From assembly GCA_963841435.1 (NCBI GenBank), contig CAWJCS010000001.1, positions 192,001-256,000 of the forward strand: a stretch of 64,000 bases of DNA. Direction: 5' to 3'. This stretch comes from an uncultured delta proteobacterium (GTDB lineage: Bacteria > Myxococcota_A > Polyangia > Polyangiales > Polyangiaceae). The notes under the pieces are model-generated. The model did not search any database. It was given only the letters and a program-made list of their open reading frames with translations, and was not told the origin of the DNA. The stretch's first letter is position 1; each line of letters opens with the position of its first letter. The position numbers and the translations under genes were made by a program. Shown piece after piece: positions 1-9,508 of this stretch.

Positions 1-60
1 CCGATGGCGCAGATCCAGATCCTCGCGGGTTGCAAGCCGCGCATCACCGTTCCGAAGTGA
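1..60 (+). CDS. 3' end of a gene running in from the left edge
   Basis: Frame 1 reads PMAQIQILAGCKPRITVPK* with GC-rich third positions; TGA at 58-60. Confidence 0.5.
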   Translation, partial: PMAQIQILAGCKPRITVPK

Positions 61-173
61 CGCGAGCCTTCGTCGGCGCGCGGGTCTAGCCGCGCGGTGC
101 CGGACGCCCTGCCGGGTCAGCGGGGCCGCCGACGCTTGCCTGCCCGTCGCCGGGGCGACGCCCGGCGCTCGGC

Positions 174-1535
174 TCACAGTCGCGTTCGCGCGATGATTTC
201 TGGGACGGTGAGCTCGGCGCCCACGGGGACGCCCTCGGCCGTGACGTCGGCGGGACAGCGGCCTTCTACGACGAGCTTTGCGAGCGGCTCGAGCAGGACA
301 CGCTCGCTCTCGCCGGCGGCGTTCCAACGCGCACGCCGCTCGAGCCCGCCGAGCGCCATGTCGAGCAGCCGCTCGGCGAGCTCGCGCGCGCTCCGGCCGC
401 CGATGCTCGCCGAGAGCGCGTCGCGGACGAGCGCCGGGCGCGCGGCTTCGACGGTGTCGAGCTCGAACGTCGCGGCGAGCGCTTCTGCTTCCGCAAGGGC
501 GCGGGCGTCGTAGAGCAGGCCCGTGAAGAGCGCCAGCACGGCTAGTGAAAGCTTGCGCGACTGCGCGTCGCAGGCACGCACCTCAATGGTGTTCTTGAGG
601 CGCGCCTCGGGAAACAGCGTGTTCAGGTGGAGCCGAAAGTCCGACAGCGTCGCGCGCTCGCCCTGGAAGCCGTTCTCGAGAAAATCGCGAAAGGTCTGCC
701 CCGTGTTGTGGAGCACGCGTCCCTCGCGCTTGACGAGGAACATGCCGGCGTCGAGCGCCCACTCGACGTAGTCGCGGTAGCCCAGGCGGCCGCGCTTCCA
801 CAGCGGCGGGATCAGGCCGGAGCGGCTCGGGTCCATGTGCCGCCACACCTCGCCGCGCCGGCTCGCGAACGGCGAGCGGCGCCGTTCCTCGAACGGCGAA
901 TTAGCGGTCATGGCCTGGATCAACGGGCTCAGGCGTAGCGCTACGGTGAGCTTGAGAAGCGCGTCCTCCTCATTTTCGTAGTCGAAGTTCGCCTGCACGG
1001 TAGCCGTGCGGCGCATCATGTCGTGGGCGGCGTGGCCGCGCGTGGGCAAGTACTCGCGCATGATGGCGTAGCGCTCTTTTGGTACCCACCCGAGATCCAC
1101 CTGGCGCGCGATGGGCTGGAAACCGACGCTCAGCCAGGTGATGCCGAGTGCTCGTGACGGCGCGACGAGCTCCTCGAGGTGGCGATCGATGTCGAGCGCG
1201 ACGGCGTGGAGGTCGGGGAGCGCTGCGCCGCTCAGCTCGAGCTGCGAGCCGGGCTCGAGTGTCACCGATTCGGCCTCGCGGCGCAGAGCGATGATGGGCC
1301 CCTTTTCGCTCTCGCGCTCCGGCCTCCAACCTGCCGTCTCGAGCTCGGAGAAGATGCGGGTGACGTCGTGCTCGTAGTCGATGGCGCTGCCGGACTCGGT
1401 GTGCACGCCGAATTTTTCGGCCTCGGCGCCGATGCGAAAGTCGGCCGGCGCCTTTTCTGCGCCGACGAACAAGCATTCGAGGTCGCCGGGGGCGGCGATG
1501 GGACGAAGCTCGTCCTCGCGTGAGGTGCTGGACAT
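174..1535 (-). CDS. gshA: Glutamate--cysteine ligase (plant/alphaproteobacterial GCS2 type)
   Basis: Motifs IGAEAEKF, TLEPGSQLELSG, VPKERYAIMREY, MMRRTATVQANFD, HLNTLFPEARLKNTIEVRACD. Start reassigned to ATG 1535 (MSSTSRED). Confidence 0.9.
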   Translation of the reverse strand: MSSTSREDELRPIAAPGDLECLFVGAEKAPADFRIGAEAEKFGVHTESGSAIDYEHDVTRIFSELETAGWRPERESEKGPIIALRREAESVTLEPGSQLELSGAALPDLHAVALDIDRHLEELVAPSRALGITWLSVGFQPIARQVDLGWVPKERYAIMREYLPTRGHAAHDMMRRTATVQANFDYENEEDALLKLTVALRLSPLIQAMTANSPFEERRRSPFASRRGEVWRHMDPSRSGLIPPLWKRGRLGYRDYVEWALDAGMFLVKREGRVLHNTGQTFRDFLENGFQGERATLSDFRLHLNTLFPEARLKNTIEVRACDAQSRKLSLAVLALFTGLLYDARALAEAEALAATFELDTVEAARPALVRDALSASIGGRSARELAERLLDMALGGLERRARWNAAGESERVLLEPLAKLVVEGRCPADVTAEGVPVGAELTVPEIIARTRL

Positions 1536-1542
1536 GGAGGCT

Positions 1543-2484
1543 TCAGGAATCGGTCGGCGTGTGCCGCGGCTCCGGGTCGATCTCGGTATCCGAGTGGTGC
1601 GCCGGGAGCGAAGGATGGAGCGAGCCGAGAGCGCTCGCCAGCGCGCGCAGGTGTGCTTCCGTCGTCCCGGCCCCGCCGCCGATGACCCGGGCGCCCGCCA
1701 GGTCGAGGTCGAGGGCGTGATCCGCCCACGTGTCCGGCGACCCCGCCTCGTCGGGAAAGCCGGGCAGGGCGGTCTCGCTCGCCGCGAGCAGCACGCCGGC
1801 GGAGAGCCCCAGCGCCTCGAGCGCGTCACGCGCCGCCTCGAGCTCCGCGAGACCGTGCACGACGCTCGACACCTCGAACAACACCGCGCTCGCTCCTGCG
1901 TCACTGAGCGCGTGGAAGAGCTCGGCGTCGGTTGCACCGGGCCCGGTGAGGGTCCGTTCGAGCACGGCCCAGGTGATGAGCTCGGTGCGAGCCGCCGCGA
2001 CGACGCCTGCCATCAGGCTCAGGCGCGAACCCTGCCCGCGCACGATGAGCAGCTCACAGCCCGCCGCCGCGACGCGCGCCGAATGTTCGGCAAGCTCTTC
2101 GTGCAGCCGCGCCGCCGCCACGGGGCCCAGCATGTCCGATCCCAGGACACCGGCCACCGCGATGGGCTTCGGGCTGTCCTCGACGGCGTTCAAGGCGAGC
2201 TCGACGGCGAGTGAGGTGAGCTGCGCGGACCGGTGCTCCATGCCGACCTCCGCGAGCGCCCTCGGCGTCGTGTCGCCGGTGAGAGCGGCCAGCACGTCGG
2301 CGCGGCACTCGACCTCGACCCGATAGTGCGCGAGCGCGTCGAGCGGCCGCTCGCGCAGCAGCGACCCCAGGGCGCCCGGCACATCGAGGGTGACGCCGCG
2401 CGCCCGCAGGCTCGCGCTGCTGTCGGCCGCCACCACCAGGGGCCGGCCGCTTTGGAGACGCTTTACGACGTGCTCGAGGCTCAT
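1543..2484 (-). CDS. Homocysteine S-methyltransferase-fold protein, degenerate (Zn-binding Cys absent)
   Basis: HMT-like spacing (SLRARG, AHYRV..ADVL..T, VAGVLG, GARVIGGGAGTTEAHLRAL). Canonical GGCCG reads GGGAG. Confidence 0.75.
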   Translation of the reverse strand: MSLEHVVKRLQSGRPLVVAADSSASLRARGVTLDVPGALGSLLRERPLDALAHYRVEVECRADVLAALTGDTTPRALAEVGMEHRSAQLTSLAVELALNAVEDSPKPIAVAGVLGSDMLGPVAAARLHEELAEHSARVAAAGCELLIVRGQGSRLSLMAGVVAAARTELITWAVLERTLTGPGATDAELFHALSDAGASAVLFEVSSVVHGLAELEAARDALEALGLSAGVLLAASETALPGFPDEAGSPDTWADHALDLDLAGARVIGGGAGTTEAHLRALASALGSLHPSLPAHHSDTEIDPEPRHTPTDS

Positions 2485-2508
2485 GGGCGGGTCACGCCGT
2501 CTAGCGGC

Positions 2509-3210
2509 CTATTTTTCGTAGGCCTGAGCCACGACCAGTCCACTACCGGAGGTCACGCGCACGATGACCTTGGCTGGTGCGGGGATCACGCCGAACATCC
2601 ACTTGTAGCAGTTCGGCTTTCGGCCGAGCACGGCGGTCGCTCCGCTGTCCTGGTCGACGGCAAGCACCGGCGCCATGCCCGGGACCACCGTGGTGAGCTG
2701 GAGCTCGAGCGCGACTTCGGCAACGGGCGGCACCCCGACCGCGATCACCGAGTAACACTTGTTCGGCTGTAGCTGGATGGGCAGCTCGAGGCTCGTGTTC
2801 GGGCCGAAGTTGCCGACGAGCGTTTCGCCGATCGGTTTCGAGCCCGGCTGAATGTCCTTCTTCGCGAGGTCTGCCAGCGCCGGCTGGAGCACCGCGCCCG
2901 CACCCGGGTCGAGCTTCTGGGGCAGCGGACCGCTCGCCATGCCGGAAGCCCCCGCTGCCTGCATGGCCGTGGCGGTTGCGCCGCCCTGCGCCGCACCAGC
3001 GGCCGCGGGTACCATGCCGGCAGCGCCGCCCTGACCCATCGCGGGCGCTCCACCCGCGCCCGCGCCACCCGGGCCGACTTGACCCTGAACGTAGCCGCCA
3101 GCGGGCGCTTCGCCGTCGTTCTTCTTGCAGGCCAGCAGGGCGAGCGCCGCGACGAAGAGGGCGCCGGGGCGCCGGATGAAGGGATGCGGGTACGGACCAA
3201 TCCTCGGCAT
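2509..3210 (-). CDS. Hypothetical lipoprotein, Gly/Ala-rich linker plus beta-sandwich domain
   Basis: Lipobox ALALLAC; C-terminal LQPNKCYSVIAVG...NCYKW domain; start estimated at ATG 3210. Confidence 0.7.
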   Translation of the reverse strand: MPRIGPYPHPFIRRPGALFVAALALLACKKNDGEAPAGGYVQGQVGPGGAGAGGAPAMGQGGAAGMVPAAAGAAQGGATATAMQAAGASGMASGPLPQKLDPGAGAVLQPALADLAKKDIQPGSKPIGETLVGNFGPNTSLELPIQLQPNKCYSVIAVGVPPVAEVALELQLTTVVPGMAPVLAVDQDSGATAVLGRKPNCYKWMFGVIPAPAKVIVRVTSGSGLVVAQAYEK

Positions 3211-3263
3211 GCTGGGGTCTCCTCGGCGGGCTGAGCCGCGCGGAGCGTACACCGCGGCCCCGG

Positions 3264-4412
3264 CTACGGGAAGCAGCCGATCTTCGCGGTGCCGACCGCA
3301 AGATCGTCGTACCAGAGCTCGGTATCCGGGCCGGCGTACTTCTCGTAGCCGAAGCGAAGCGCGTCGTACGTTTCCTGCTGCCAGTCGGTGCGGTGGAGGT
3401 CGGGCACCTCGACGCCGTCCACCCAGAAGTCGACCGTGCTCGCCGGGGTATCGAAGTACGACTCGACGCACGCCCATGTGGCGGGGGCGATCACGACGCC
3501 AGGCAGCTGATCGTTGTAGAAGTTCTGATTGGAGAGGAAGCCGCGGTCGCCGTCCGGTTGGTTGATCATCAACATGCCGTTCATGACACCGACGCGCGTT
3601 TCGAACGGCGCGTCGCTGCTCGCGTCGAGGCCCGCCTCGAAGTACGTGTTGTGCCCGCCGGTCATCGGCTCGGAGAGCCGCACGTAGACGCGCACGTAGA
3701 GCTTCCCGCTCGGCGCCGGGAAGACGGGCGCGCCCGTGAGCTTGAAGAACGTCTGGTAGCCCGTGGCGTACACATGCACACTCTTCATGCCACTGTGCGC
3801 TGGTGTGGTTGCGTCAACGGTGACCGTGCCGTTGCCGTTCAGGTGAGTGCCGAGACCCATCCCGCTCGGGGGCATGTCGGTCGTCTGATCCTCGAAGTCG
3901 CTGCAGAACGTGAGGCCGCTCGCGCTGCAGGGCCCAAAGACGGCGCCGCCGTTGCCGGCATTTCCCGCCTCGCCGCTGCCAGCCGCGCCCGCAGCGCTCG
4001 CGCCACCGTCGCCGCTCGTTCCGGCACTCCCGGCGCCACCGCTGCCCGAAGCACCAGCGCCGCCGCCGCTGGCGCCTCCACCCGTGCCCGCACCGCCACC
4101 GCTCGTGCCGCCGAGGCCCCCGCCGGCGCTCCCGCTCGCACCGGACGTGCCGGCAGAGGCTCCGTCGCCTGCGCTTCCCGACGCGCCAGCGCTCGCCATC
4201 GCACCGGCTCCGCCCGCACCCGCCGCCAGCCCCGCAGTGCCGGAAGTGCCCGCAGCACCCGCACCGCCCGCTTTCCCGCCAACCCCCGTGCCACCAGCCC
4301 CGCTGCTACCCGAACCGCCCGCGCCACCGGTGCTGCACGCGGTCGCGAACGCGAGCAACAGCATGGACTGCCTGTTTGCAAAACCGCTCGGTACCAACCG
4401 TCGGAGCGCCAA
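3264..4412 (-). CDS. Gly-rich lipoprotein with Cip1-like / polysaccharide-lyase-like beta-sandwich
   Basis: Lipobox FATAC, long G/A/S linker, then FCSDFE..AHSGMKSVHV..LYVRVYVRL..WACVE..WVDG..LWYDDLAVG..IGC. Start may be 4364. Confidence 0.7.
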   Translation of the reverse strand: MALRRLVPSGFANRQSMLLLAFATACSTGGAGGSGSSGAGGTGVGGKAGGAGAAGTSGTAGLAAGAGGAGAMASAGASGSAGDGASAGTSGASGSAGGGLGGTSGGGAGTGGGASGGGAGASGSGGAGSAGTSGDGGASAAGAAGSGEAGNAGNGGAVFGPCSASGLTFCSDFEDQTTDMPPSGMGLGTHLNGNGTVTVDATTPAHSGMKSVHVYATGYQTFFKLTGAPVFPAPSGKLYVRVYVRLSEPMTGGHNTYFEAGLDASSDAPFETRVGVMNGMLMINQPDGDRGFLSNQNFYNDQLPGVVIAPATWACVESYFDTPASTVDFWVDGVEVPDLHRTDWQQETYDALRFGYEKYAGPDTELWYDDLAVGTAKIGCFP

Positions 4413-4559
4413 TATTAGAAGATAACCCGCGCGCGCTCCGGCGTCGATTCACCGGCACGACCGTCATCCGTGGGGGTAGGCGAGTTCCGCTGTCCCTTCA
4501 TTCCGCGGCCGTGAGCCGATTCCGCGCGTCGGTGCACACTGCCGTTTCGATCGCACTAG

Positions 4560-5171
4560 ATGGTTACTCCGCTGAAATTCGTCGGCGATGATTCGGCGCT
4601 GCTCCGAGCGCTGAAGGAACGCCATCCGGGCGCCGTCGCGGCGCTCTACGATCGCCACGCGGCGCACGTGCAACGCACGCTCCGCTCGGCGCTCGGCCCC
4701 GACGCCGATCTGCCCGACCTGCTCCAAGAGGTCTTCATTCGGGCGATGAGCGCCGTGCACGAGCTCGAGAACTTCGACCGCGTGCGAAGCTGGCTCACCA
4801 CGATTGCCGTCTTCACGGTGCGCGCGCACATCCGCCGGCGCTCCCGCCGCAAGTGGCTCAGCGTGTTTTCGCCGCAGCGCACGAGCCCCACGCAGGCCGA
4901 GCCTGCGGCGATGGAAGCGCGTTCCGCGCTACGGCAAACTTACCGGCTGCTCGACGAGCTTTCCGCCAACGAGCGGTTGGCCTTCGCACTGCGCTTCGTT
5001 CAAGGCATGACGCTGCCGGAGGCAGCGGAGGTCTGTCAGGTTTCGCTCGCGACGTACAAGCGGCGGCTGTCCCGCGCCGAGCGGTCATTTCTCGAGGGTG
5101 CACGGCGATACCCCGAGCTCTTCCCCTGGTTGGAGAATGGGATGCGATGGAATCTCGAGAAGTTGGGCTGA
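4560..5171 (+). CDS. ECF RNA polymerase sigma factor
   Basis: Region 2 (DLLQEVFIRA..SWLTTIA) and region 4 (LRFVQGMTLPEAAEVCQVSLATYKRRLSRA). Confidence 0.92.
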   Translation: MVTPLKFVGDDSALLRALKERHPGAVAALYDRHAAHVQRTLRSALGPDADLPDLLQEVFIRAMSAVHELENFDRVRSWLTTIAVFTVRAHIRRRSRRKWLSVFSPQRTSPTQAEPAAMEARSALRQTYRLLDELSANERLAFALRFVQGMTLPEAAEVCQVSLATYKRRLSRAERSFLEGARRYPELFPWLENGMRWNLEKLG

Positions 5172-6442
5172 CGGAGCTCGGCAAGGAGCTTGACCGCGCG
5201 CTCGACGAGCTGACGCGGCCAGAGGAGCAAATTCGCTTCGTTCGTACGAGGCTCCTCGAACGTGCGACGTTGAGCGCCGACGGCAAGCTAGGGCTGCTTT
5301 GGGCGATGGCGTGGGGGCGACACCGCACCGCGGTCGTCGGCGCGCTGTGTGGACTATCGATCGCGCTGTTCGCGCTCGGAGTCTGGATGCGCATTCCGAT
5401 CTCGTTCGAGATCGGCGGAACCGGCGTTGTGGCCGGCACGGACGTGCCCATCGTCGCCGACTCGAGTCAATCGGTATCGCTGCAGTTCTCCGAGGGTAGC
5501 TCGGTGGTCGTCGGCCCGACGGGTCGCGTGCGGGTGCTCGCCACGACTCCGAACGGCGCCCACGTGCTCCTCGAGGACGGCGCCGTTGACGTCGCGATCA
5601 CCCATCGCCAGCGCTGGGCGACGGCGTGGCGGTTCGACGCCGGCCCGGTCTCGGTGCAAGTGACCGGCACGCGCTTCCGGCTGGCGTGGAATCAGCGCGC
5701 GCAGACCTTCACGATCGCGGTGAGCGAGGGGTCCGTCGTCGTCGCCGGAAGCTGTTTGCCGAACGGCAAGACGGTCGCGACGGGTGGTCACCTCGACCTC
5801 GATTGCAGTGGGATTGGGGACGAGCAAGCTCCGTCGCGGGCCGGCCCTTCCGCGGACGTGCCCTCTGCCGACGAGGGGTCCCAACCGCCGACGCCCGGCG
5901 TAGCGCCGACGCCCGAGTCGAGCGCGGTGGGCGCGGTGACATCCACCGCAGGCCCGTCGCCGACCGAGCCGGGCGAGAAGACTTGGCGTGAGCTTCTGGC
6001 GGAGGGCGACCTTCCCCGGGCGCTCGCGGCGGCGGAGCGGGCGGGCTTCGCCCAGGCCTGCGCCACGGCCAAGCCGGGTGAGCTCCTCGGGCTGTCGGAC
6101 GCCGCGCGCCTGGCCGCCAACGTGGGGGAGGCGACGCTCGCGGCGCAGACCCTCAGGCGGCGCTTCCCGGGGACGGATTCGGCGGCCGCGGCCGCCTTTC
6201 GTCTGGGGCGCATCGCCTTCGAGCGGCGTGGCGCCTATGCTGACGCGGTGAAGTGGTTCTCCACCTGCCTCGCCGAGGCGCCGAACGGTCCGTTCATGGG
6301 TGACGCCGTGGGGCGCCTGATGGAAGCGCGACAGCGCAGCGGCGATCACTCGGGAGCGCGCGCCGATGCCGAGCGTTACCTCGAACGTTTCCCGAGGGGC
6401 CCGTACGCGAATCTGGCAAGGCGACTGCTGACGGCGCCATGA
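5147..6442 (+). CDS. FecR-domain anti-sigma factor with C-terminal TPR
   Basis: Overlaps the sigma stop; one TM helix; FecR motif VQVTGTRF..VSEGSV; TPR-like end (AAFRLGRI..YLERFPRGPYA). Confidence 0.85.
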   Translation: MESREVGLTELGKELDRALDELTRPEEQIRFVRTRLLERATLSADGKLGLLWAMAWGRHRTAVVGALCGLSIALFALGVWMRIPISFEIGGTGVVAGTDVPIVADSSQSVSLQFSEGSSVVVGPTGRVRVLATTPNGAHVLLEDGAVDVAITHRQRWATAWRFDAGPVSVQVTGTRFRLAWNQRAQTFTIAVSEGSVVVAGSCLPNGKTVATGGHLDLDCSGIGDEQAPSRAGPSADVPSADEGSQPPTPGVAPTPESSAVGAVTSTAGPSPTEPGEKTWRELLAEGDLPRALAAAERAGFAQACATAKPGELLGLSDAARLAANVGEATLAAQTLRRRFPGTDSAAAAAFRLGRIAFERRGAYADAVKWFSTCLAEAPNGPFMGDAVGRLMEARQRSGDHSGARADAERYLERFPRGPYANLARRLLTAP

Positions 6443-7509
6443 GCCCCGCGCCGGGCCCGCTCACCGGCCTCGCTCGGACGGTCACGGGCGTGCTGGTGCT
6501 CGCGGTGCTCGCGCTGTCCTTCGTGTGCTCCCGCACCGCGTTCGCGGCGCCCGAGCGGGTGGGCGGACGGCTGCGCGTGCTGCTCATCGTCGACGATCCG
6601 AGAGACCCGCTCGTGAAGCGGCTCGAAGCAGAGCTCGGTGGTCTCGACATCTCGCTCATCGAGCGACCGAGTGCCGACCGGCTCGACACCGCCGCTCGCG
6701 AGACGAGCGCCGTGGCGGCGATCCGCGTGCTCCCCGCGCGCAACGGCGTCGAGGTATGGATGGCTGACGCCACGTCGGGGCGGTCGCTCTTGCGCCAGGT
6801 GATCGTCGACGAGTCGCCCGGCGGTCCGAACTACGGCGTCGTGGCGTTGCAAACGGCGGAGCTCATCCGAACGAGCCTGCTCTACGACGAGGGGCAGCCG
6901 CCGCCCGAGCCCGCCGCCGCAGCGCCGCCTGCCGCGACACCCAGCGATGAGCGGCCCGCGCGCGAAAATGAGCGCTCCGCGTCCGAGTCCGGTCAGGCTG
7001 GCGCCCAGGCGAGCCTCGGGGCGCTCTTCAGCCCCGGCGGCGTCGGCCCGGGTCTGCAGCTCTGGTTGTCGGCGCACTATCCCCTCGGCCGCCGGCTCAG
7101 CGTTGCCGTCGACCTCAGCGCGCCGCTCGAGCGCGGCAACATCGATGGACCCGAGGGCTCCGCTCGGGTGGGCGCGTACTTCTTGGGCGCGTTGATCGGC
7201 GCGCGCTGGTCCGAGCTCGCAGGCCCGTGGTTCGCCGGCGTCGGCCTAGGTGGCGGCGTCCTGCGCGCCACGGCCGAGGGCACGACCGCGCCTCCGCTCG
7301 GCGCTGTTTCGGCGCACACGTACGGCGGCGTCGTTTACGCGCGCGCGGACGGCGGATTGCGCCTCGCCTCGTGGCTTCGTGTGGGCGCTCGGACGGTCGT
7401 GGGCTTCACCGTTCCGACCATCGACGTCCATTTCGCCGGCAACCGGGCAGGCTCCTGGGGCTCGCCGCTAGTGGGCGTGTTCGGATTGCTCGAAGTTCCC
7501 TGGGGTTGA
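6439..7509 (+). CDS. Secreted protein with probable C-terminal outer-membrane beta-barrel
   Basis: ATGA overlap with the FecR gene; signal peptide; alternating beta-strand pattern ending LLEVPWG. Confidence 0.65.
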   Translation: MSPAPGPLTGLARTVTGVLVLAVLALSFVCSRTAFAAPERVGGRLRVLLIVDDPRDPLVKRLEAELGGLDISLIERPSADRLDTAARETSAVAAIRVLPARNGVEVWMADATSGRSLLRQVIVDESPGGPNYGVVALQTAELIRTSLLYDEGQPPPEPAAAAPPAATPSDERPARENERSASESGQAGAQASLGALFSPGGVGPGLQLWLSAHYPLGRRLSVAVDLSAPLERGNIDGPEGSARVGAYFLGALIGARWSELAGPWFAGVGLGGGVLRATAEGTTAPPLGAVSAHTYGGVVYARADGGLRLASWLRVGARTVVGFTVPTIDVHFAGNRAGSWGSPLVGVFGLLEVPWG

Positions 7510-7523
7510 GCGAAGAGGGGACA

Positions 7524-8252
7524 CTAGGGCTCGAAGCGAACGTCGTCGATCCACAGATCGAATCCGTGCGTCGGCCAGATGATGAAGCCGACGAGTTGGT
7601 CGGGGCGAAGGGGCGTCAGCGGATCGCCGTCCCCCTTCTGCGCGAGCGTGTCGAACGGAACGACGATGCGCTGCCAGCTCGGTGAGAGCGCGACGGTCGT
7701 CCGGTAGTAGTCCATGCAGACGTTGCAGTTGCCGCTGTTCCACGCATTGTCGACGGTGGTAAGCCCCACGGGCACCTCGAGGGGCGCCTCGGCGCCGGGT
7801 CCAACCGCGGCCCAGAACGAGATCGCGTGGTAGCTGCTCGCGTCGTACCCGACGGCCACGCCGGGCGTGCTCTTGAAGACCGCCGTCCAGTTTGCGCCCC
7901 AATCGGTGAACCCACTGCCGGCAAAGTGTCCCGCGTTTCGACCGCGCGCGGCGCAGCGCGACGAGTTTTCCGCGACCGGGACGCGGGTGGTGTCCCAGCC
8001 CAAGATCCACCCGCCGTCGCGACCCTGGACCGCGGCGAGCTTGACGTCGCCGTCTTCGAAGTCGTCGATCAGGCGCTCACCCGGTGTGTTCTCCCAGGAA
8101 AGGGGGCCACGGATCGGCTGATCGGGACACCCCTCGCCCACCTGGATGGGCTCTAGCGAGGCGCTGCAGCCGAGCGGGGCGAGCGCCACCGCCGCCATAG
8201 CGAGCGCGTTGCCGCTTCGACGGACCCTTGTTCGGCAGGCGAGCCCTCGCAC
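7524..8252 (-). CDS. Carbohydrate-binding (CBM11/CIA30-like) lipoprotein
   Basis: Lipobox APLGC; LIDDFEDGD..GGW, YDASSYHAISFWA, WQRIVVPF, FDLWIDDVRF. Confidence 0.75.
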   Translation of the reverse strand: MRGLACRTRVRRSGNALAMAAVALAPLGCSASLEPIQVGEGCPDQPIRGPLSWENTPGERLIDDFEDGDVKLAAVQGRDGGWILGWDTTRVPVAENSSRCAARGRNAGHFAGSGFTDWGANWTAVFKSTPGVAVGYDASSYHAISFWAAVGPGAEAPLEVPVGLTTVDNAWNSGNCNVCMDYYRTTVALSPSWQRIVVPFDTLAQKGDGDPLTPLRPDQLVGFIIWPTHGFDLWIDDVRFEP

Positions 8253-8563
8253 CGCGATGGCTTATCACGAGCGTCCGAGACGGGCTCCCTGAGCCGATTC
8301 CGGCGCTCCGCGGGCACTTGCACGGGCGAGACGGTCGAGCTTGCGACCTTGGCTCGCGTTCCCCGGTTGAACGATGTTTCCCCAGCATTTTTGGTTCTGG
8401 CCCGCCTCGGCCAGTCGAGAGCCGCGCCAGGGGGCGCGGGCGGGGGGCCAGCCGAGCGCTCGGTGGGCTGCGAGGCGGGGCGGCAATTCGATCCGACCGG
8501 CCGCTGGATGGCCGGTGCGGAGGACCTGGTCCCGTTTAGGGGGCACTGAAAGGCAGGACGGCG

Positions 8564-9502
8564 TTGGCTAGCTCGTCGTTGCGTCAATCGATCGATTGGG
8601 AAGTCATTCTAGGTGATCGGGCACTGCAGCCGACGCCCTTGGCGGGCGGCTTTGCGGGTGAGCTCGCCGCTCTCGTCGCGGCCTTCGACGCCCTGCGCGC
8701 GACGGACCGAGTCGACGACGCCTGTCGTCGTGCCGTCGAGCTCGCAAGGTCGCAGGTCGGGCTCCGAGCGGTCAGCCTGTTCCTGCTCGACGACGAGGCG
8801 CGGCGGCTGCGCGGTACTTGGGGCACCAATCCCGCCGGTGAGCTGGTCGAGGAGCACGACCTCGTCGTCGACGTCGATACGCGGTCGTACGAGGCGTTCC
8901 ACGGCGCCGAGCACGGGCGCCCGTTCATGGTGCTCGAGAACAGCCCGCTCGCCGCGCAGCGCGAGCCGTCGAGTCGCGTGCGTGGAGCGGACCTCGTCGC
9001 CTGCACCCCGATCCGCTGGGGGCGGGAGCGCCTCGGCATGCTGGTGAACGACGCGGGTTGGGGCGACACTCCGGTGGACGAGCCCAAGCAGGCGCTGGCC
9101 GCGATTCTCTGCCGACTACTGGCCGGCACCATCGTGGTCGCGAGATCTCGCGCCGAGGGCCCCCCTCCGAGCCAGCGTCCGCCCCGAGCCAGTCACCCGG
9201 CAGTGCGCAAGGCTTTGGGCATGCTCGCTCGCGACCCCGCGCTCGTGGGAAAAGAGATGGCGGCCCCGCTCGGCATCAGTGCCAGCCGGCTCGCACGCCT
9301 GTTCAAGGCGGAAGTCGGCATGTCGCTGGTCGAGTATCGCAACCGCGCCCGCATCGAGCGCGCTCGTGAGCTCGTCGAGGGCGGCGAGCACCGGCTCCTC
9401 GAGGTGGCGCGCGTCGCGGGTTTCGGGAGCTACGCGCAGTTTCACCGCGTGTTCCGCGCGACCCACGGGACGTCGCCGCGCGAGTACCTGCGCGCGCGCT
9501 GA
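8564..9502 (+). CDS. AraC-family transcriptional regulator with N-terminal GAF-like domain
   Basis: C-terminal ISASRLARLFK..GMS..YRNRARIERA..AGFGSYAQFHRVF..GTSPREY; GAF-like N-terminus. Start uncertain. Confidence 0.85.
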   Translation: MASSSLRQSIDWEVILGDRALQPTPLAGGFAGELAALVAAFDALRATDRVDDACRRAVELARSQVGLRAVSLFLLDDEARRLRGTWGTNPAGELVEEHDLVVDVDTRSYEAFHGAEHGRPFMVLENSPLAAQREPSSRVRGADLVACTPIRWGRERLGMLVNDAGWGDTPVDEPKQALAAILCRLLAGTIVVARSRAEGPPPSQRPPRASHPAVRKALGMLARDPALVGKEMAAPLGISASRLARLFKAEVGMSLVEYRNRARIERARELVEGGEHRLLEVARVAGFGSYAQFHRVFRATHGTSPREYLRAR

Positions 9503-9508
9503 GTGCGA

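Noticed and set aside
1536-1937. Long N-terminal extension of gshA
   Set aside because: Arg/Ser-rich alternate-frame read-through of the upstream gene.
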